A stretch of 64,000 bases of DNA from an uncultured bacterium (lineage in GTDB: Bacteria; Bacillota_I; Bacilli_A; RFN20; CAG-826). The position numbers and the translations under genes are program-made. This document shows, in pieces, positions 51,570 through 58,870 of this stretch. The stretch covers positions 227,738-291,737 of the forward strand of contig CASDYC010000001.1 in the NCBI GenBank assembly GCA_949285665.1, in the 5' to 3' direction. The notes below the pieces were generated by a model. The model was not told the DNA's origin, searched no databases, and worked only from the letters and a program-made list of their open reading frames with translations. Numbering within the stretch: the first letter of the stretch is position 1; the number at the start of each line of letters is the position of its first letter.

Positions 51570-52199
51570 TTAATATTCCTTTTTAATATATTTTAATATT
51601 AAATCTTTAATTATTTTATGTCCATTATAATTTGGATGTAATCCATCAAAGAAATCTTCTTTTTTTAATAAATTAAATAAATTAATAATATTTAAATTAT
51701 ACTCATCTTTGACTTTTAATATTACATCATTAAATTTTTCAATTACTTTATTATCAAAATATTGACCATAATTATTATATATTTCATCTTTATCTATATT
51801 AATTAATGTTAATATAACAATATTTTCTTTTTTAACTTGATATACATTAATTAATAAATTAATTAATTCTTTATAATCAATATAAAAATGTTTAAGTCTA
51901 AAATTTAATTCATTTTGACTAATAACTTCACTAAGACCAAGATTTGTATCATTAATGCCAATAAAAATAAAAACTAATTCACTATTATTATTTCTTTCTT
52001 TATTAAATATATAATCAAGTCTATTTATTAAATCTATAACTCTATCACCACTTACACCACAATTTACAATATTAAATTTATTTTCATCTAATTCGTTTCT
52101 AACTTGATTTACATAACCACCATAAATTAAATCATCATGACCATATGTGATAGAATCTCCTAGAAAATATATATATTTAATATCTTTCCCATTATTCAT
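51570..52199 (-). CDS. SGNH/GDSL hydrolase
   Basis: Block I FLGDSITYG, block III GINDT and block V DGLHPN. Confidence 0.8.
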   Translation of the reverse strand: MNNGKDIKYIYFLGDSITYGHDDLIYGGYVNQVRNELDENKFNIVNCGVSGDRVIDLINRLDYIFNKERNNNSELVFIFIGINDTNLGLSEVISQNELNFRLKHFYIDYKELINLLINVYQVKKENIVILTLINIDKDEIYNNYGQYFDNKVIEKFNDVILKVKDEYNLNIINLFNLLKKEDFFDGLHPNYNGHKIIKDLILKYIKKEY

Positions 52200-52264
52200 G
52201 TTTAATAATACCTTTCTTATCTTATTTAATATGCAATATCAATTTAAATTAATTAATTAAATAT

Positions 52265-52654
52265 TTAAATTTTTAAACTCAAAATATTTTTAATAATTAA
52301 TTTGTCAGCTGGTAAAAAATTAATATTTTTTAAGTCTTCTTTTTTAACCCATAATGCATTTTCATGTTCTAATAATTCAATATGAGGTTTTAATAAATGA
52401 CAAAAATAAACTTTCATATGCAAATGAAAGTTTGGATAATCATAATCAATATCCATCAAGAAATTGTCAACTTCAATATCAGCATTTAATTCTTCTTTAA
52501 TCTCTCTTTTTAAGGCACTTTCAGGAGTTTCATCTTCTTCTATTTTTCCACCTGGAAATTCCCAACCATCTTTAAATTCTCCATAACCTCTTTGAGTTAT
52601 AAAAATTAAGTCATTTTTAACTATTATTGCTGCTACTACATTTACTATTTTCAT
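52265..52654 (-). CDS. Nudix hydrolase, MutT-like
   Basis: Nudix box GGKIEEDETPESALKREIKEELN. About 129 aa. Only 2 nt downstream of the helicase gene. Confidence 0.85.
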   Translation of the reverse strand: MKIVNVVAAIIVKNDLIFITQRGYGEFKDGWEFPGGKIEEDETPESALKREIKEELNADIEVDNFLMDIDYDYPNFHLHMKVYFCHLLKPHIELLEHENALWVKKEDLKNINFLPADKLIIKNILSLKI

Positions 52655-52656
52655 AA

Positions 52657-55533
52657 TTAATTATTTATATCCTTTTTAAAATATTCATATAAATCACTTC
52701 TAACTTCATCACTTAAAGCAAAGTTAAATACAACATATTTAAAATTATTTCTCATAATTTCTTTAAAATCAATTACACTCATTTCACCTAAAAAATAATG
52801 CTTATTGCTTCCGCTATTTTCATCAATTGATTTTCTAACAAATAAATAAATTTTTGTATTATTATTTTTAGAATTTATCAAAGTTTGCATGTTCTTTGAT
52901 TCAATATACTCCCCATGTCTTGAATTCCATTGAAATTTTTGTCTATTTATAAACATATCTTCATATCTAGTCGCATCAGAAATTTCTGGAGTTTTTATAT
53001 AATTAATAAAAATAGGAAATACATTTTCTTCTTTTAAATATTGATAACCATATATAGTACTTGCTCTATTTATTTTACAATTAAAAATAATTGAAACATC
53101 TTCTCTTGAATATAAAGAATTTAAACATAAATCAGATTTTTTATATTTTTTTCCATAAAATTTATTATTTCTTAATTTAGACATTAATATTAAGTTATTA
53201 ATATTATCTAAAAATGAAGAATTTTTTAACATCTCTTCAAAATTTTCACTAATGTTTAATGAATTATTAATTAAACTTAAAGAATCATTGTTTTTTCCAT
53301 AAAAACAACCATTAAATTCATTAATAATTGTCAATTTTTTATTTAAAGAAATTAATTTTTCATCAAAATATTTAGTTAAATTTTTATTTTTAAATAGATA
53401 TTCAAGAGCATTAACTTCAGCTAATCTTAATCCAGAAGATATAATTTTTGAAATAAATCGATAATATTCAAGTTCTTTTTGTGAATAATTTAAATCTTTT
53501 TCAATTTTTAAAAGAAAATCTTGATAAGATTTAAATTTTTCAATAATTCTATATGGATCAAAATAAGTAAATTCATAGAAATCAGTTAAATTTGGAATTC
53601 TATTAAGTCTATTTTTTAGATGCGCATATTCAATTTTAAAGTTTGACAGGGTATCAAAATTAGTTTTCTTAATTGATTCAAATATTTTCTTTTGAGCAAT
53701 TTCATCAAATTCAATTGTTGAAATTCCAGGAATGAATGAAGATGTAACAACTAATCTTGCTTGTTCTTTATTACCAGATTCTGAAAATGCTTTAGCTATC
53801 ATATAATTTGAATCATAATTTCCAATAAAGTCAATTATTGTAACAAAATCTTTATTCTTCCATTTTCTAAGACCTCTACCAAGTTGTTGAATAAAAATAA
53901 TGCTTGATTGAGTTGGTCTTAACATTATTATTTGATTAACTTCTGGAATGTCGACGCCTTCATTAAGAATATCAACAGAAATAATAAAATCTAAATATTC
54001 ACTATTTTTATTAGTTTCTTCAAGCAATTTAAAATATTTTTCTCTTTCATTTGATGAAAAAGAGCCATCTAAAAATTTGGTTTTATAATTTTTTTGATTC
54101 AATAAAGTTTCAAGTCTTCTTCCTTCTTCTTTTCTAGAAACAAAAATTAAACCTCTTAATCTATCTCCGCTATATCCATAAAAATTACTTTGTTTAATAA
54201 TATATTCAACTCTTTCATTACTAAATAATTTATTAAAGTCTTGTTTATCATATGTTTCATCGTTAATTCCTTTTAAATCAGTTATCCCATAGTAATGAAA
54301 AGGGCATAATAATCCATAATCAAGGGCATCTTCTAATCTAATTTCAAAAATAACATTATGATCAAATAAATTAAAAATTAAGCTTTCATCATTAGTTCTT
54401 TCTGGTGTTGCAGTCATTCCAAGAATAAATTTAGGTTTAAAATAATTTAATATTTTTTGATATGTATTTGAACCAGCTCTATGTACTTCATCAATAACAA
54501 TATAATCAAATTTTGTAACTTCAATAAAATCGTCAATTTTTTTAGACATCATTTCACAAGTTGAAAATACAAAATCATATTCATTATTATCAAAATATGA
54601 AACATCATTTAAATTTTTAATATAAGTTTTGTCTCCAGTTAGAATTGAAAAAGATGAATTAGGAAAAATTCTTTGATAAGCAGATATTGCTTGAATTAAT
54701 AATGTAGTTCTATGAGCTAAGAAAAGAACTTTTTTAGCAATAACATTTTTTAAGGCAAATGCGCTAGCATATGTTTTTCCAGTTCCAGTTGATGAAATTA
54801 ATAAACCTCTTTTACCACCTAGCTCAATTAGTTCTTTAAATTTTTTACTAAACTCTATTTGCATTGAGTTTGGTTCAATTTTTTGATTAATTAAATTATC
54901 AACACTTAATATAACTTTTTCTTTGTTAGCTTCATCATAAATTTTAGTATAAGTGTCTATGTAATCATTTAAATCTGTTGATTTTTTCCATAATAAATTA
55001 AATTGATCGAATAATTCTTTTATTAATTTTCCATCTTTAGTTGAAATTAATTCAGTATTCCATTCTTGATTAACTGTTAAAGCTCTAGCAGTTATATTAC
55101 TAGATCCAATAATAATTTTATAAATATCATCTTTTTGTTTAAAAAAATAACCCTTTGTATGAAAACCATCAAGATCAGATGATTTATACATTTTAACTTC
55201 AATATTGTTAAAATTATCCTGTAAAAATTTTAATGCTTTTGGTTCAGTAAAACATAAATAATCACTTGTTAAAATTTTACCTTTTATGCCCTTATCATTA
55301 ATTTCTTTTAATGTTTCTTTTAATATTTGAAGTCCAGAATATGTTATAAATGCTACAGAAATATAAAATTCTTCGCATTTTTTAAATTCTTCTTTTAAAG
55401 TTGAAATTATTTTTTTATTTTCTTCTTTATTATTGTATAAAAAAGAAGGACATAACGACTCAACTGAATCTAAATTATAATCTATAAAAGCTTTATTTAG
55501 AGCATTTTTAATATCATTATAAGTTTCACTCAT
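52657..55533 (-). CDS. PLD/HKD nuclease - SF2 (ResIII-like) helicase - DUF3427 fusion protein, 958 aa
   Basis: HKD motif HTKGYFF...IIGSSNITARAL near residues 125-150. Helicase motifs: I STGTGKTYAS, II IVIDEVHR, III GMTATPER, and V/VI NEGVDIPEVN...QQLGRGLRK. The C-terminal ~150 aa fit the DUF3427 pattern (YSREDV...GYQY...PIFINY...YEDMF...FQWNS...LFVRK...HYFLGE). Confidence 0.8.
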   Translation of the reverse strand: MSETYNDIKNALNKAFIDYNLDSVESLCPSFLYNNKEENKKIISTLKEEFKKCEEFYISVAFITYSGLQILKETLKEINDKGIKGKILTSDYLCFTEPKALKFLQDNFNNIEVKMYKSSDLDGFHTKGYFFKQKDDIYKIIIGSSNITARALTVNQEWNTELISTKDGKLIKELFDQFNLLWKKSTDLNDYIDTYTKIYDEANKEKVILSVDNLINQKIEPNSMQIEFSKKFKELIELGGKRGLLISSTGTGKTYASAFALKNVIAKKVLFLAHRTTLLIQAISAYQRIFPNSSFSILTGDKTYIKNLNDVSYFDNNEYDFVFSTCEMMSKKIDDFIEVTKFDYIVIDEVHRAGSNTYQKILNYFKPKFILGMTATPERTNDESLIFNLFDHNVIFEIRLEDALDYGLLCPFHYYGITDLKGINDETYDKQDFNKLFSNERVEYIIKQSNFYGYSGDRLRGLIFVSRKEEGRRLETLLNQKNYKTKFLDGSFSSNEREKYFKLLEETNKNSEYLDFIISVDILNEGVDIPEVNQIIMLRPTQSSIIFIQQLGRGLRKWKNKDFVTIIDFIGNYDSNYMIAKAFSESGNKEQARLVVTSSFIPGISTIEFDEIAQKKIFESIKKTNFDTLSNFKIEYAHLKNRLNRIPNLTDFYEFTYFDPYRIIEKFKSYQDFLLKIEKDLNYSQKELEYYRFISKIISSGLRLAEVNALEYLFKNKNLTKYFDEKLISLNKKLTIINEFNGCFYGKNNDSLSLINNSLNISENFEEMLKNSSFLDNINNLILMSKLRNNKFYGKKYKKSDLCLNSLYSREDVSIIFNCKINRASTIYGYQYLKEENVFPIFINYIKTPEISDATRYEDMFINRQKFQWNSRHGEYIESKNMQTLINSKNNNTKIYLFVRKSIDENSGSNKHYFLGEMSVIDFKEIMRNNFKYVVFNFALSDEVRSDLYEYFKKDINN

Positions 55534-55538
55534 ATGAT

Positions 55539-56213
55539 TTATTTATCTTTTTTATTAATTTTATCAACTTCTTTTGGATTATAACTTGTCTTATATCCAT
55601 AATTTTCTTTAGGTCGATAATTATTTGGATAAATTATATCTGATTTAATATCATTAGCTATTTTTTGTAATCTTTCATAAATAAAATATGGATCCTTAAT
55701 ATCTTCTAAAATATATTTTTTATTATCTGCAACAATGTAAATATCTCCGACTTTACATAACCTTTCAACTAAACCGATTTTTAAATTAACACTAGAAATA
55801 GAAGAATAATTAATACTTGATATATTTGCTCCAATAAAACCAGATTTAATAATTATTCTATTTCCAGTAAAGGCGTATTCTTCAACTTTTTGTCTTCTTG
55901 AAGCGGTAATTAATGAAGAAATCCATAACCACACTGGTAATAAATGTAATATAAAAAAGAATACTATAAAAATAATAGCAGGCAATGGTATTTCAGACAT
56001 AAATTTAAAAATCATTACAATTGCTGTTATATCAAATATCAACCATATAATTGCAAATGGTAAAAACTTAAAAATATTTGATAAAATAAAAGACAACTTT
56101 CGTGGTTTTCCTTTCCAAAGAATCGTTTCATCACTTGTAAGAACTAGATCAATACTAGGATTATAATTTACCTTATTATCTTTAATAAAATATTTATCGT
56201 CAATTTTTTTCAT
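55539..56213 (-). CDS. Membrane protein with a bacterial PH (bPH_2/YdbS-like) domain
   Basis: Two TM helices, then FTGNRIIIKSGFIGANISSINYSSISSVNLKIGLVERLCKVGDIYI, typical of bPH_2. Confidence 0.6.
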   Translation of the reverse strand: MKKIDDKYFIKDNKVNYNPSIDLVLTSDETILWKGKPRKLSFILSNIFKFLPFAIIWLIFDITAIVMIFKFMSEIPLPAIIFIVFFFILHLLPVWLWISSLITASRRQKVEEYAFTGNRIIIKSGFIGANISSINYSSISSVNLKIGLVERLCKVGDIYIVADNKKYILEDIKDPYFIYERLQKIANDIKSDIIYPNNYRPKENYGYKTSYNPKEVDKINKKDK

Positions 56214-56239
56214 ATAAAAATTATAATTAATTTTTGTTT

Positions 56240-56797
56240 TTAATAATAGTATTTATTACCATATGTTTTACAAATATTTGAAATATCTTCTGCTTTTAAA
56301 ACTTCATAATGATATTTTACCTCTATTTCATCCAAATTATATTCTTTTTTAACTGGAATAATTAAACTTTTAAAGGCAATATCGTCAGTAACAACCTCTC
56401 CACAATATGAATAAATGTTTACTTTATAGCCATCTACATTTGCAAAATGAACATATGAACCTGTACCCTCATATCTGCAAGTAACTAGTAAATTAAATTT
56501 ATTAAAATCTACCTCATTTTCTATTCTATCTTTAAGATAGTCATTATTTGTTTCATATTTAAAATAATTTGGATCGTTAAAATAAATTAGTAAATCATCA
56601 AGTGAAAAAAATAGTTTTTTATCAATGTATCTAAAAAAACTATCATCAAGATTAGGGTAATCTAATAAATCAGCCCATCTTGGATATTTTCTAGTTCCAT
56701 AAATCAAGCTAACATCATAATTAAGCTTATAAGATAGCTGACATCCTGTAATAAAAAATAATGAAACTAATAAATTTAGAAAAACACTTTTTTTCAT
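56240..56797 (-). CDS. Lipoprotein, function unknown
   Basis: Lipobox LFFITGC. It is the first gene of the helicase operon. Confidence 0.45.
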   Translation of the reverse strand: MKKSVFLNLLVSLFFITGCQLSYKLNYDVSLIYGTRKYPRWADLLDYPNLDDSFFRYIDKKLFFSLDDLLIYFNDPNYFKYETNNDYLKDRIENEVDFNKFNLLVTCRYEGTGSYVHFANVDGYKVNIYSYCGEVVTDDIAFKSLIIPVKKEYNLDEIEVKYHYEVLKAEDISNICKTYGNKYYY

Positions 56798-56844
56798 GTT
56801 TTTATTATACTAAAAAATGTCAAAAATATACTAAATTATTCCTA

Positions 56845-56866
56845 AAAAACTACTTAAAAACTACTT
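56845..56866 (+). repeat. Perfect tandem duplication of an 11-mer (aaaaactactt x2) adjacent to repeat copy D
   Basis: Read directly from the sequence. It lies in the promoter region of the lipoprotein/bPH/helicase operon. Confidence 0.8.
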
Positions 56867-56869
56867 TTC

Positions 56870-56900
56870 TTAAAAAATATTGAGGTTTTGCAGAGTTTTT
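56870..56900 (-). repeat. Dispersed 31-nt repeat, copy D (minus strand AAAAACTCTGCAAAACCTCAATATTTTTTAA)
   Basis: Identical to copy B over 31 nt. The A-run end overlaps the TAA stop of the GNAT gene. It lies 73 nt upstream of the operon start at 56797. Confidence 0.9.
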
Positions 56901-57408
56901 ATTGTTTTTTATGTGCAAATAAACTTAATTTATTTATTTTAAAATCTAAATCAAAAATATTTTTAACTTCAGTATCTCCAACAATTCCAGTTGATAAAGT
57001 TAATGTATCAATATTGTTAAAACCAAGTGAATGATATAGTTTTAAAGTCTTTAAATTTGATGGATTTACTTCTATTTGAACTCTATCTAATCCGTCTTCT
57101 TTCAATATTTCTTTAATTTTACTTAAAGCAAAAGATCCTAATCCATTACCTCTAAATTTTTCTTTTATATATAAATATTCAATGTTATTAACATATCCAT
57201 ATTTTTCATTAATATATATAAAACCAGCAATATTATCATCACACATTATTAAATAAGAATAACATTTCGGGCTTAATAATCTTCTAATATCTTCTAAAAT
57301 ATCTGCTTTACTTGCTTCTACGAGTTGTGTTGTCCAAAAATCTTTTAACATCGTTTGTAATTCTTTTAAATCATCTAATTCAATGCTTTTTAATTCTTTT
57401 TTCATCAT
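56899..57408 (-). CDS. GNAT-family N-acetyltransferase
   Basis: Acetyl-CoA binding motif FRGNGLGSFAL and about 169 aa. Confidence 0.8.
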   Translation of the reverse strand: MMKKELKSIELDDLKELQTMLKDFWTTQLVEASKADILEDIRRLLSPKCYSYLIMCDDNIAGFIYINEKYGYVNNIEYLYIKEKFRGNGLGSFALSKIKEILKEDGLDRVQIEVNPSNLKTLKLYHSLGFNNIDTLTLSTGIVGDTEVKNIFDLDFKINKLSLFAHKKQ

Positions 57409-57462
57409 TAAATACCTCCTAAAAACATTAAAGAAAAAGATAATAAAGTAATGTTTTATTAT

Positions 57463-57885
57463 CTATAAATCTTGTTCAAATTCTTTAAATAATTTTTCTT
57501 TATTTTTAATTATATCTTCATCAGATATTCCATATAATTTAGAAAAAAATGTAAAAGTGTAATCTGGAGTGAAAAAATCATCTAATTTTAGTTCGCTTGT
57601 TAAAAAACCAACTTTACTTTTATATTCTAAAGCATCGCCAGTTATTTTTTTATTATTATAAAAAATTTCTCCACTATTAGGTTGAATTAAAGAAGACAAA
57701 ATTCTAAGTAATGTCGTTTTTCAAGCACCATTTGGTCCTAAAATACCATAAATATTTCCTTCTTTAAAATCCATTGAAAAATCTTTTAATGCCGTTAAAT
57801 ATTTTTCATTACTTTTATTATTTTTTTGTTGTTTTTGATTTATTTTAAATTTTTTAGTTAAATTTCTAACACTTAATGTATTCAC
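57463..57885 (-). pseudogene. ABC transporter ATP-binding protein relic (in-frame TGA in Walker A, 3' truncated)
   Basis: From GTG at 57885: VNTLSVRNLTKKF...[37 protein letters not shown]... The TGA at 57721-57723 sits where the invariant Gly of GxxGxGKT belongs. The frame ends at ...KEFEQDL, before any signature or Walker B motif. Confidence 0.75.
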
Positions 57886-58040
57886 AAAATTATTAAAACA
57901 TAAAGCGCAATGATAAACAATTATATTGTCAAGTAAAATAAAAAATAAAGCATTAATTTTAATTATTTCGATACTTTATTTATTATTGTTTTTTTATTTA
58001 TATTTGTATATTAATTTAATAATTAATAAGTGAGTTTTTA

Positions 58041-58823
58041 TTAATTATTTCTAGGTAAATATGAATATAAAGCATAATATTTATTATCTTTAGAAGAAAC
58101 ATATGCTTTATCATTATTTTTAAAATAATCTTCTACTGATTCGTATTCTAAATCATTATTTAAAATAATATTTTTTGGTAATTCTTCTTTAATTGTTAAA
58201 TATTCTTCATAACTTATCTCTTTTAAATCAGCTTTAATTACAAGTAAGTCAATTACTTCAAAATCATTAGCTAATTCTACCACTCCAGGATAAGTTTCTT
58301 TAATTAAAAAACCACCATTATAATATAAATAAAGTAAATCTCCAGCAATTAATGTATTTAATTCTTCATATTTAGACTTATCTAAAAAAGGTAAAGCATA
58401 TCCGTATAATAAAGTTGCTTTATTTTGATTTGAAACAAAATTATAGTCATAATTTATTTCAAAACTTGTATAAGAATCATATGGGGATTCAACTAATCCA
58501 TTAAAAGTTGTATATAAAGTAGTATCATAATCTGGCATTGTTAAATTCACTGTAAAATAAAGAGGATTATTATGTTCATCATAAGTATATTCACCTAAAT
58601 AATAATTTTCTCCTTCAAATAATAAACCAACCCTAGGACCAGATCTAAATTGAAGTTTTACTTCAATAACATCACTCTCATTATAAGTTAATTTTGGCAT
58701 TTCATATAAAAGATCCCAATTATCAACAACTGTTAACTTATATTTATCAAAAAGAAAATCAAACTTACAAGAAGTAATCGTTAAAATTGTTGGAAGTAAA
58801 AATAATAAATTTTTCTTTTTCAT
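58041..58823 (-). CDS. Lipoprotein, function unknown
   Basis: Lipobox ILTITSC. It lies 47 nt downstream of the nuclease gene. Confidence 0.45.
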   Translation of the reverse strand: MKKKNLLFLLPTILTITSCKFDFLFDKYKLTVVDNWDLLYEMPKLTYNESDVIEVKLQFRSGPRVGLLFEGENYYLGEYTYDEHNNPLYFTVNLTMPDYDTTLYTTFNGLVESPYDSYTSFEINYDYNFVSNQNKATLLYGYALPFLDKSKYEELNTLIAGDLLYLYYNGGFLIKETYPGVVELANDFEVIDLLVIKADLKEISYEEYLTIKEELPKNIILNNDLEYESVEDYFKNNDKAYVSSKDNKYYALYSYLPRNN

Positions 58824-58870
58824 TTACACCTTAATTATAACAAAAAAAATGAAATACAAAATTTTTTTAT

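Noticed and set aside
52657-55533. Assigning the PLD+helicase protein to the Mokosh system, to a classical type III restriction Res subunit, or to Nhi/Hna-type defence genes.
   Set aside because: As far as I recall, the Mokosh helicase is an SF1/COG1112-type RNA helicase, whereas the motifs here are SF2/ResIII-like. No Mod methyltransferase is adjacent, which argues against a type III R-M system. Without profile searches I cannot claim membership of any named system.
57721-57723. Genome-wide UGA reassignment: UGA=Gly (table 25), suggested by the Walker A position in the ABC relic, or UGA=Trp (table 4), suggested by the relic at 40.5 kb.
   Set aside because: alaS ends ...FLDENL-TGA at 2815-2817 in an ATGA overlap with ruvX. 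The PP-loop gene ends in TGA at 24783-24785, just before the convergent rbfA. All the long housekeeping ORFs are intact under table 11 with no internal TGA. TGA is therefore a stop in this genome, and both loci are better explained as pseudogenes.
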